From Bdellovibrionales bacterium (lineage in GTDB: Bacteria; Bdellovibrionota; Bdellovibrionia; Bdellovibrionales; DASUEL01): a stretch of 64,000 nt of DNA. Positions within the stretch are counted from its first letter, which is position 1. The number at the start of each line of letters is the position of its first letter. Positions 28,098 to 36,670 of the stretch are shown piece by piece. A model generated the notes under the pieces. It saw only the letters and a list, made by a program, of their open reading frames with translations, was not told the origin of the DNA and did not search any database. The stretch covers positions 6,116 through 70,115 of the forward strand of contig JBFWOZ010000002.1 in NCBI GenBank assembly GCA_050250255.1, written 5' to 3'. Position numbers and translations under genes: made by a program.

Positions 28098-30719
28098 TCA
28101 GAATCCTGATGGGGCCTGCTTCCCTACGACAATGGTGACTGCACTTTGCGAAAAAATCTCGCGGGCAAGCTTTTGAATGTCTCGAGATGAGATTTCTCGG
28201 ATGTGCTTTGCAAAAGCCGTATGCGAGCCAAATGGCAACCCGTACAACTCATCAAAAAGCATAGAGTGAGCAATCGAAGAGTTTCTTTGAAGTTCGATAT
28301 CATGACGCCCAATAATATAGTTTTTCGAACGTTCAACTTCTTCATCCGATACAAGTTTATTACAAACTTTATCAAATTCTTTTTGAAGCATCGAAAGCGC
28401 TTTATCCGCCTTCTCTGGAGAACAGGCTATGTACGCGCCGAAATAGCCGCCATCAATTCCTTCCATACGGATAGGTGCAACCGTGTATGCCAGAGACTCT
28501 TTATCCCGAAGTTCCAAAAACAATCGCCCACCTTGCCCAGAGAAGATCGATTGCAAAAGCTGGAGAGTGAACCGTCGATCATCGGTGAAAGTCAAACCCT
28601 TGTATCCGGTGAAAATATGAGTTTGCTCCTTTTCGAGCTTCTTAAAGAGTTTGATGTTTTCGCTAGGGCCTTCGTGGGGAACCAAATCCCATTTTTCACC
28701 CTTAAGGCGCCAGCTCTGCGTGGCCTTTTCGAAGTGCTCTGTCCAGAGATTGCGATCGAAATGACCAGAAATAGAAAAAATGAGGTTTTCTTTGATCGCC
28801 CATTTGCTCCAAAGTTTCAAAACCGACGGGGCATCGATTTTTGCTATGGATTCTTCTGTTCCACTCGGATCAATCGCATATGGATGATTTTTAAACATGT
28901 TCTCGAAAAAAAGCTGCTGGCCTATTTGCGCCGGACTATCGTTGCGTGATTTTAAATTCTCAAGCATGACGATTTTCTCACGCTCGATCACCTCATCCGA
29001 AAACCTTGGATTCGCCAGGACATCTCCAAAAAGCTCTGAGGCCTTTTCTTGAAATGGCGCCAGCACATCCATAGATACACCAACTGAATTCCGTCCGCCA
29101 AAAGCCGAAAGTCCCGCTGCCATTCCCTCCGTAAGAGTTTGAATTTCTTGCTCCGTGCGAGAATGAGTCCCACTCGTCCAAGTACTACCAAGAAGTTCGG
29201 TAATCCCATTTAACTCTCTGGGCTCTCTCCTCACGCCCCCCGGAAGTGCCGCACGAAGGCTAATGGCTGGAGTGTCATAAGAGGGATAGAGAAGGAGCGT
29301 TGCTCCTGAAGACAGTTTTATTTTTTCTGGCAAACCCTTTGAACGACTACCAAAACTCCAGTTGATTTTTTTCATCTTCGCGGAGGCCTTGGCTTTCGAA
29401 CTTAACTTCGATTTCATCCAAGCTTTTGAGTATTCCTTTTGCCATTTTGCGATGAGCTTCTTTTCGTCTATCTTCTTGGCGTCCCCCTTTTCCTTTTCAC
29501 TGCCCAGGCAGGTGATCGTCATTTGCGAAGGAGATAAGTATTTTTTAGCCATCCGACTCACATCAAGGGGCTTCACCTTACGAATTTCTTTCATAAACTT
29601 TGGAAAGTAATTTGGATCTCTCATGAGATCTTCAAAGTGTCCGTATTTGCGCGCGAGGCCATCCACCGTTTCGAGAGAATAATATTCTTCTGCCTCGAAG
29701 TTAATAAGAGCTTTTTCGAACTCCTTCGCAGAAGGCGGCTCGGACCACACTTTTTCAATTTCTGTTTGAAGAGCACCAAGAAGTTCTTCCATGTTTTTTT
29801 TCGCGAGTGTCGTAGCGATAATAAAAATTCCACCATCTTTTAAAGTATAGGCTCCGGAGCCAATGGAATTCGCAAGCGGCTTTCTGATTCGAGCAGCTTG
29901 CATAAGTCGTGAGCTTTCTCCTTGTCCCAATATCAGACTCATCATTTCAAGTGCCGGAATGTCTTTGTGGTCTGGCTTAGGGATTTTCCAAGCAATATTT
30001 AGAAACGTTTCTTCAAACGGACCTTTTTTTACTTCAATGCGTGGAGAGGCTTGCTTCTTCTCTTTCTTGCGTGTGACTTTTTTAAGTTTGAACGGACGGA
30101 AATCAGAAAAATGCTCAGAGACTTTTTCTTTGATGTTTTCATCAAAATCTCCCGCAACAATTAATGTCATGTTCGACGGCACATAGCGGGATTGAAAATA
30201 CGAAACAATTTTCTTTCGCGACACATTAGAAACCGTCTTAGGATATCCAATCACTGGAATCCCGTAAGGATGAGTTTTAAAAGAGCTTGAGAACATAAGC
30301 CTGCTGGCTTCGCGGCTAGGACTGTCGAGAGAGCGCTTAATCTCTTCGATAACCACTTCTCTTTCGTTATCGATTTCCTGCGCGTCGAAAGTGGGAAAAC
30401 CCATCATTCCACGAATCATTTCTAAACCAGAATTTATGTAGTTCTTTGAAAGAGTGATGTGAAAAACGGTTTGATCAAACGAAGTGTACGCATTGAGCTC
30501 ACCACCTGAGGCCTCCACCTTTGAAGCAATTTCGCCCACTTTGTATTTATCCGTCCCCTTAAAGACAAGATGTTCGATAAAATGGCTGATTCCCTCTTCG
30601 CCCTTCGCCTCATCGGCGCTACCGGTACGAACCCACATCTGCACTGAAACCACAGGAGATTTTTTAGAGTGTATAAGAATGACTGTGAGACCATTTCTTA
30701 ATTGATATTTTTTAATCAT
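28098..30719 (-). CDS. M16 family zinc peptidase (pitrilysin-like, double length)
   Basis: HFIEH (HxxEH), NAYTSFDQT, EREVVIEE; second M16 half lacks the zinc motif. Confidence 0.93.
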   Translation of the reverse strand: MIKKYQLRNGLTVILIHSKKSPVVSVQMWVRTGSADEAKGEEGISHFIEHLVFKGTDKYKVGEIASKVEASGGELNAYTSFDQTVFHITLSKNYINSGLEMIRGMMGFPTFDAQEIDNEREVVIEEIKRSLDSPSREASRLMFSSSFKTHPYGIPVIGYPKTVSNVSRKKIVSYFQSRYVPSNMTLIVAGDFDENIKEKVSEHFSDFRPFKLKKVTRKKEKKQASPRIEVKKGPFEETFLNIAWKIPKPDHKDIPALEMMSLILGQGESSRLMQAARIRKPLANSIGSGAYTLKDGGIFIIATTLAKKNMEELLGALQTEIEKVWSEPPSAKEFEKALINFEAEEYYSLETVDGLARKYGHFEDLMRDPNYFPKFMKEIRKVKPLDVSRMAKKYLSPSQMTITCLGSEKEKGDAKKIDEKKLIAKWQKEYSKAWMKSKLSSKAKASAKMKKINWSFGSRSKGLPEKIKLSSGATLLLYPSYDTPAISLRAALPGGVRREPRELNGITELLGSTWTSGTHSRTEQEIQTLTEGMAAGLSAFGGRNSVGVSMDVLAPFQEKASELFGDVLANPRFSDEVIEREKIVMLENLKSRNDSPAQIGQQLFFENMFKNHPYAIDPSGTEESIAKIDAPSVLKLWSKWAIKENLIFSISGHFDRNLWTEHFEKATQSWRLKGEKWDLVPHEGPSENIKLFKKLEKEQTHIFTGYKGLTFTDDRRFTLQLLQSIFSGQGGRLFLELRDKESLAYTVAPIRMEGIDGGYFGAYIACSPEKADKALSMLQKEFDKVCNKLVSDEEVERSKNYIIGRHDIELQRNSSIAHSMLFDELYGLPFGSHTAFAKHIREISSRDIQKLAREIFSQSAVTIVVGKQAPSGF

Positions 30720-30736
30720 TTTATAATGTGCTTTCC

Positions 30737-32053
30737 ATGTCGTTTGGTGTTTACGTCCATATTCCCTACTGCCTTCAGCGTTGCGTGTACTGCGACTTTG
30801 CCACGTTTGAAGTGGAACGTATCGGACATTCCGATGCGGCTTTGCGCGTGGACCCGCCAGAACAATACGTGAAACTCGTTTGTCAGGAGATTCGTCAACG
30901 ATCTGAAGAAATCTCGACTCGCAAAATCGACACGCTCTACTTCGGCGGAGGCACTCCTAGCCTCATCGAACCTCATCTGATCCTAGCAATTATTCAGGAA
31001 CTGAGGAACTCAGGATTTGAGTTGTGTCCTGATGCGGAAGCCACCATCGAAATCAATCCCGCCACCATCACGGAAGCCAAGCTCGACCAATATCTTAAAA
31101 TGGGTCTCAATCGGTTTAGCGTAGGAGTACAAAGCTTCACGGAAGCGCACCTTCAAAAGATGGGGCGCAAGCACTCTGCCCAAGACTCTCGCGAAACCCT
31201 CACGCTTCTCTCAAAATACAAAACGAATTTTAATTCCGATCTTCTATTTGCACTACCACACCAAACTTCCGAAGAGTTAAAGCGTGATATTGGGGAGATG
31301 CTTTCCTTTGGGCCTTCACATATTAGTCCCTACTGCCTCACGGTACCGGATAAAAATCCGATGGCGCACTCGAGACCTTCGGAAGAACACCAGGTAAAGA
31401 TGTTTGAAATCATCCATGAAGAGCTCACCAAAGCCGATTTCTTTCGATATGAGATCTCTAATTACGCGCTACCAGGTAAAGAGTCTCGACATAACCTTTT
31501 GTATTGGAAAGATGAGCCTTACTGGGGACTTGGATTAAGCAGTCACTCTTATTTACGTCCAGCTTGTCTCAAAGGATTGAAGACGAGGCGCGACCGAGGT
31601 GAGCGCGGAGGCCTACTTCCTGTAGGCCGCACAAGCGATCCGACCGAGCAACGAAGTATTCAATCCTTTGAGGCGAGCTGGGGTGTGAGGTTTTGGAATC
31701 CACCGACCTTTGAAGCTTATAAAAACCAGATTTTGCACCCTGATTTAAAAAGCGAGTTTTTAGGAATGCCTTCCCACCAGTTTGAGTTTTTAGAATTGCA
31801 TCAGGCCATTACAGATTATTGCCACACGGCGCTAAGAATGTCGGATGGTCTTTCTCAAAAGAACCTTAAGAATAAGTTTTCATCAGAAACTGTAGGCTCT
31901 ATTTCAGATCGTCTTAACCAAATTGATTCACGTCTTCTTACCAAAGAAGAACGTGGCTGGAAACTGACCGAAGAAGGTCTTGTTTTAAGTAACCTTGTCT
32001 TCGAAAAAATCACTTTTCTAAAGGAAGATCTGCCTTCAGGGGTGCTTTTTTAA
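30737..32053 (+). CDS. hemW: Radical SAM heme chaperone HemW with an in-frame palindromic insertion
   Basis: YVHIPYC..RC.YCDF, FGGGTPS, EINP, YEISNY, SRHNLLYW, GLG.SSHS; upstream of grpE. Confidence 0.92.
   Translation: MSFGVYVHIPYCLQRCVYCDFATFEVERIGHSDAALRVDPPEQYVKLVCQEIRQRSEEISTRKIDTLYFGGGTPSLIEPHLILAIIQELRNSGFELCPDAEATIEINPATITEAKLDQYLKMGLNRFSVGVQSFTEAHLQKMGRKHSAQDSRETLTLLSKYKTNFNSDLLFALPHQTSEELKRDIGEMLSFGPSHISPYCLTVPDKNPMAHSRPSEEHQVKMFEIIHEELTKADFFRYEISNYALPGKESRHNLLYWKDEPYWGLGLSSHSYLRPACLKGLKTRRDRGERGGLLPVGRTSDPTEQRSIQSFEASWGVRFWNPPTFEAYKNQILHPDLKSEFLGMPSHQFEFLELHQAITDYCHTALRMSDGLSQKNLKNKFSSETVGSISDRLNQIDSRLLTKEERGWKLTEEGLVLSNLVFEKITFLKEDLPSGVLF
31559..31681 (+). repeat. Palindromic repeat element, copy 3, inserted in frame in hemW
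   Basis: 123 bp (41 codons); 23-bp IR CCAGCTTGTCTCAAAGGATTGAA / TTCAATCCTTTGAGGCGAGCTGG (two G.U); central GGCCTAC-ttcct-GTAGGCC; homologous to 5409-5510. Confidence 0.88.
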
Positions 32054-32127
32054 TGCTCTCTTCTTTCGTGGATTGACTTAAGAGAAGGCGGGCTCATATT
32101 TAAAGTTCACTATCAGAGGAGCCTGGT

Positions 32128-32700
32128 TTGAAAAAGACAGAATCAGATAATGCAGAAACAACAACCGAAAACTCCACAAACGGTACGCCCGAAACCCCTG
32201 TGGTTTCGACTTCAGGAGGCGACCTAGAACAACGAGTTCAAGAGCTGGAAGCCGCTCTCGCAAAGGAGCGCAATGACGCTCTTTACGCCCGCGCCGAATT
32301 TGATAATTTTCGTAAACGCGCCGTCAAGGAGCGTTCTGAACTTGTGAAGTATGGGGGCGAACGTGCTCTCGCGGATATTCTTACTGTCATGGATAATTTT
32401 GAACGTGCCATTCGTGCGAGTGAAACGGCCAATATTGAAGATTTGAAAAAAGGCGTCGTTATGATTGCGGAGGATCTTCGCAACACACTCAAGCGCTACG
32501 GTATTACGGAAGTATTACCCGAAAACGGAAAGTTTGACCCCACCATCTTTGAGGCCATCAGCACCGAAGAAACGGATGAGGTCGAGCCGGGACAAATTTC
32601 GAGAATTTTTCGAAACGCCTATAAGTTCCACGATAAAATCATTCGACCAGGTCAAGTGATCATTGCGAAAGCAAAAGCGACTGATGGAGAAAAAGGATAA
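32128..32700 (+). CDS. grpE: Nucleotide exchange factor GrpE
   Basis: AEFDNFRKR, DNFERA, FDP..FEA, IRPGQV. Confidence 0.96.
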   Translation: MKKTESDNAETTTENSTNGTPETPVVSTSGGDLEQRVQELEAALAKERNDALYARAEFDNFRKRAVKERSELVKYGGERALADILTVMDNFERAIRASETANIEDLKKGVVMIAEDLRNTLKRYGITEVLPENGKFDPTIFEAISTEETDEVEPGQISRIFRNAYKFHDKIIRPGQVIIAKAKATDGEKG

Positions 32701-32703
32701 TTC

Positions 32704-33864
32704 TTGGCGGCAAAAGATTACTACAACCTTTTGGGTGTAGATAAAAATGCGAGCGACGATGATTTAAAAAAGGCCTATCGCAAGTTGGCCATGAAGTATC
32801 ATCCTGACCGCAACCCTGACGATAAAGCCGCCGAAGAAAAATTCAAAGAGGTGAGCGAAGCTTACGATATTCTCCGCGATTCTAAAAAACGTGAAATGTA
32901 TGACCGCTTTGGAAGCGCGGGGCCTGGGTTTGCTCGTGGTGGTGATCCACGACATCAAGGTTTTGAAAATTACCAAAATCCTTTCGGCTCACCGAAAGAT
33001 ACAGGTTATTTTGAAGATCTGTTTAGCGATATTTTTGGTGATCCTTTTCAATCGGGAAGAGAAGCTTCACCGCGGAACCAAAAAGGTTCTAATTTAAAAT
33101 ACACCCTACTCATTGACCTTGAAGATTCCGCCCTGGGCACGGAGAAGGTGATTAGTTTTATGCGCCTTAACCCTTGCGGAACGTGTAAGGGTACACGTGC
33201 CGCGCCTGGAGAGACGCCCCAGGCTTGCTCTCAATGTAAAGGCAGCGGCACAATTCAAGTTGGACAAGGCTTTTTTGTTTCTAGGCAAGCTTGCAACCAA
33301 TGCTCTGGTACTGGACAAATCATTCGTAAGCTCTGCAACACGTGTCAGGGTTCTGGACGCACGCAAGGACCAGTGAAGCTTTCCGTCTCCATTCCTGCGG
33401 GGGTGGCTGAGGGGCAAAAGTTAAAACTTCGCGGCGAGGGTGATGTCGGCGCAAACTCTTCTCAGCGTGGAGACCTTTTTGTCGTCGTTAACATTCGAGA
33501 ACACACGCTCTTCCGTCGCGAGTCACAAAACATTGTGCTCGACCTACCTATTTCTTTTTTTGACGCAACCCTGGGAGCCAATGTTCAAGTACCTACCCTC
33601 ACGGGAATGGTATCCCTTAAAATTCCACCAGGATCTGCTTCAGGAAAAATCTTTCGCCTTAAGGGAAAAGGGCTTCCTCATCTCAATACCAGTGAGGTCG
33701 GGGACATGCTCGTGCGCCTTGTGATTGACGCTCCAGAGAAACTGACAAAAGAGCAGGAAACGCTGCTCAAGCAATTACGCGAGATCACACCGGAGCCACC
33801 TCAAACACGCACCTTTCAAAAGAAGCTGGAGCAACTTATAGCGCAACGGAAAACAAAAGGTTGA
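32704..33864 (+). CDS. dnaJ: Chaperone DnaJ
   Basis: J domain with HPD, four CxxCxGxG-type repeats, C-terminal domain. Confidence 0.96.
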   Translation: MAAKDYYNLLGVDKNASDDDLKKAYRKLAMKYHPDRNPDDKAAEEKFKEVSEAYDILRDSKKREMYDRFGSAGPGFARGGDPRHQGFENYQNPFGSPKDTGYFEDLFSDIFGDPFQSGREASPRNQKGSNLKYTLLIDLEDSALGTEKVISFMRLNPCGTCKGTRAAPGETPQACSQCKGSGTIQVGQGFFVSRQACNQCSGTGQIIRKLCNTCQGSGRTQGPVKLSVSIPAGVAEGQKLKLRGEGDVGANSSQRGDLFVVVNIREHTLFRRESQNIVLDLPISFFDATLGANVQVPTLTGMVSLKIPPGSASGKIFRLKGKGLPHLNTSEVGDMLVRLVIDAPEKLTKEQETLLKQLREITPEPPQTRTFQKKLEQLIAQRKTKG

Positions 33865-33894
33865 TGGGTGAAAAGTGCCGTGTAGAATAAATCC

Positions 33895-35835
33895 ATGGTG
33901 AAAAATATCCTTTATTCCCTCACATTTTTGGTCCTATCTTCGTTTCTTTTAAGCTGTAGTTCTTCACAGCCAAAACCTCAGCCCGTGACTCCTGCACAAA
34001 AACAACTCCTTCAAAAAACTAAAAAACTTTTAGCTACGAATAAAAAAGAAACGGCTCTTAAATCTCTAGAGAAACTCGCACTTACACCGCCTGAATCCGC
34101 CGCTTCTCACGAGGCCAACATGACCTTAGGTCTGCATTACTCTCACAAGCGCGAGTACGCAGCGGCGGCTCCGTTTTTTCAAAGAGTGTTCCAATCAAGA
34201 AACGATTTTGGCTACAAAGCGCAAGCAGGGATGCATTGGGCGCAAACCCAACTCGATCTCAAACAGTATCCAGAGGCACTTCAAACCGCCAATGCCGTTT
34301 TGAAAACAAATGGCCTCGATGTTGAGAGCGCCATTGGTGCGCAAAAAGTCTTAGCTCAGGTGTATTTACAAAATGGATCTACACTTGAAGCTTTAAATGC
34401 CACCATTGCCGTGAGCGAGGCTTCCACAAATGCCGCCGAAAAAGAATCGTACCGATTAAAAGCTCTCGACATCGTGGATGCAAAGCTGACCGACAAACAA
34501 GTCGAGCAAGTGGCCAGCCGCTACTCTCAGGATTACATCCGAGGAGGCGCGTACTATCGTCTCGGTACAGCTCTCTTTGAACAGGGTTTTTATGATGAAG
34601 CTCGTTCGAAGCTTTCTTCTGTTCGATCTTATTTAAAAGAAGGACAAATGATTGAGCGTGCTAATGAAATCATTGAGCAGATCGACTCTCGTCGTACCGT
34701 TGACGCCGACGTTGTCGGGGCGGTTCTTCCTTTGACGGGGAAAAATGCGAAAATCGGCTATAAAACTTTAAAGGGCCTTCAGTTAGGGCTTGGTATTTTT
34801 GGTCCCAACAAGTCGAGATACAAACTTTCTGTCGTGGACAGCGAGGGAAATCCTGAAGTTGCTCGTCGTGCTTTCCGCCAGATGATTTTAAGTGATCATC
34901 CCATTGCTGTGGTTGGTAGCCTCTTAAGCAAAACGGCCATACCTATCGCGAACAAAGGGCAGGAGTTTGGTGTTCCAACCATTGGACTTTCGCAAAAATC
35001 TGGTATCACAGAAACAGGTGAATATGTTTTCAGAAACGCTCTCACCAGCGAGATGCAAGTTCAACAGCTCGTGCACACGGCGATGACCGTTAAAAAGATG
35101 AGTCGTTTTGCCATCATTTATCCTAACGACGCCTATGGGGTCGAGTTTGCAAATCTATTTTGGGATGAAGTCCTTGCGCGCGGAGGTCATATTGTTGGAG
35201 CCCAGACTTATGATCCGAAAGAAACAGATTTTCGTGGTCCTGTAAAAAGATTGGTCGGAACTTATTTTGTCGAAGCTCGCACCGAGGAATACAACTCACG
35301 CCTTCAAGCATGGAAATCAAAACAGAAAAATATTTCTGCTCAGAGAGATTTACCAAAAGATATTCTTCCACCGATCATCGACTTTGATGGAGTTTTTATT
35401 CCTGACAGTACGAAGGCGGTCGGACAAATTGCAGGAATGCTCGTCTATAATGATATTGTGGGCGTTCCGCTTTTAGGTACAAATCTGTGGAATGCAGGTG
35501 GACTGATCGAACGTGCAGGTAAGGCCGCAGAAGGCGCTCTCTTCGTGGACAGTACTAAACCTCAGGCCCAGAGCGATGGTTTCTTTACTTCTCATTTCCA
35601 AAAAACTTTTGGCTACGCCCCCGAATATTTTGAACTTCAAGGTTATGACACCGGGCTTTTAGTTCGCATGGTGTTAGACTCTGGCGTTTCATCACGCAGC
35701 TCCTTTAAAGAGAGACTTGAGAAAGTTTCAAATTTTCGCGGCGCCACAGGAAACCTGAACGTTTCAGAACGTCGAGAGGTTTTACGCCCCCTCTCTTTAT
35801 ATACCGTTGAAAAGGGCCAAATACGGGCATTTTAA
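33895..35835 (+). CDS. LpoA-like lipoprotein (TPR plus periplasmic-binding-protein fold)
   Basis: LLSC lipobox, TPR-like helices, VGAVLPLTG, AVVGSLLS, FDGVFIPD, LLGTNLWN, GYD, GATG. Confidence 0.8.
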   Translation: MVKNILYSLTFLVLSSFLLSCSSSQPKPQPVTPAQKQLLQKTKKLLATNKKETALKSLEKLALTPPESAASHEANMTLGLHYSHKREYAAAAPFFQRVFQSRNDFGYKAQAGMHWAQTQLDLKQYPEALQTANAVLKTNGLDVESAIGAQKVLAQVYLQNGSTLEALNATIAVSEASTNAAEKESYRLKALDIVDAKLTDKQVEQVASRYSQDYIRGGAYYRLGTALFEQGFYDEARSKLSSVRSYLKEGQMIERANEIIEQIDSRRTVDADVVGAVLPLTGKNAKIGYKTLKGLQLGLGIFGPNKSRYKLSVVDSEGNPEVARRAFRQMILSDHPIAVVGSLLSKTAIPIANKGQEFGVPTIGLSQKSGITETGEYVFRNALTSEMQVQQLVHTAMTVKKMSRFAIIYPNDAYGVEFANLFWDEVLARGGHIVGAQTYDPKETDFRGPVKRLVGTYFVEARTEEYNSRLQAWKSKQKNISAQRDLPKDILPPIIDFDGVFIPDSTKAVGQIAGMLVYNDIVGVPLLGTNLWNAGGLIERAGKAAEGALFVDSTKPQAQSDGFFTSHFQKTFGYAPEYFELQGYDTGLLVRMVLDSGVSSRSSFKERLEKVSNFRGATGNLNVSERREVLRPLSLYTVEKGQIRAF

Positions 35836-36073
35836 GCCCCCTCCATTCTTCTCGATTTCTTTTTAGATTTTTTTAACCTTGTCTAGTTGCGCTTTAGTCT
35901 ATTGTTCAACCCGGCGCATTGGCTGTGGAAGGAGCCTCTGAAGAATGCTGGCACATGGCAAATTTTACAATTTTTTCGTGACAACTAATTTCAGAGATTA
36001 CATAAATCTTAAACTTCCTGTCTGAAGACCATCGTTTTCAGAGGAAGACCATGTTCTTAAGGAGGGTTGAGAC

Positions 36074-36439
36074 ATGAAAACAAGAGATTTGGAAAGATTT
36101 AAAAAAATTCTTCTGCATCAGAAGTCGAGTCTTCTCAATAAATCTGTTTGGTTTAAGGAAGAGAACCAAAAGGCGAAAGAGCAGTCGGGTGATGAAATCG
36201 ATCACGCTACTAGCGAAATCCATTTGAATTTAGACATTCGATTACACGAGCGTGAAAGAGTTCTAATTCAAAAGATCGAAACTGCTCTGGCAAAGATGTC
36301 AGTCGGAAGATACGGACGCTGTGAAGACTGTGAGGAGCCTCTAGATCTAAAAAGACTTGAAGCTCGACCAGTAGCCACTCTTTGTATTGCCTGTAAGGAA
36401 GACCAGGAAGATCGCGAAAAATTTTACGCGTTTTCATAA
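36074..36439 (+). CDS. dksA: DksA/TraR family transcription factor
   Basis: Coiled coil with DEIDHA tip, CEDC...RLEARP...CIAC zinc finger. Confidence 0.88.
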   Translation: MKTRDLERFKKILLHQKSSLLNKSVWFKEENQKAKEQSGDEIDHATSEIHLNLDIRLHERERVLIQKIETALAKMSVGRYGRCEDCEEPLDLKRLEARPVATLCIACKEDQEDREKFYAFS

Positions 36440-36506
36440 AAAAAATTAATGCTCTATTGAGTCATTTGACGAAAAAGCATTCTCATCCAAACTCTGTTCT
36501 CATGAG

Positions 36507-36533
36507 AGCCCGATTTTTCGGGCTTTTTGTTTT
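36507..36533 (+). terminator. Intrinsic terminator after dksA
   Basis: AGCCCGA-tttt-TCGGGCT followed by a T-tract. Confidence 0.7.
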
Positions 36534-36606
36534 TAAATGTCTTTATCTCTGACAGTACTTTGTACCGATACCTTCACTTCTCGACTTTTGTACCCAAACA
36601 ATTTCT

Positions 36607-36634
36607 TAAAGCCACTCGTGCCCACGACCGAAAA
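36607..36634 (+). promoter_or_regulatory. Sigma28-type promoter of lon
   Basis: TAAAG-N15-ACCGAAAA. Confidence 0.45.
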
Positions 36635-36670
36635 GTTTTATGAAGCTACCCTGACTTGAAGGAGAGGCAC

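Noticed and set aside
28203..28949. 248-aa plus-strand ORF
   Set aside because: Antisense to the M16 peptidase
36014..36047. Hairpin in the dksA leader
   Set aside because: Single stem with no recognisable riboswitch features
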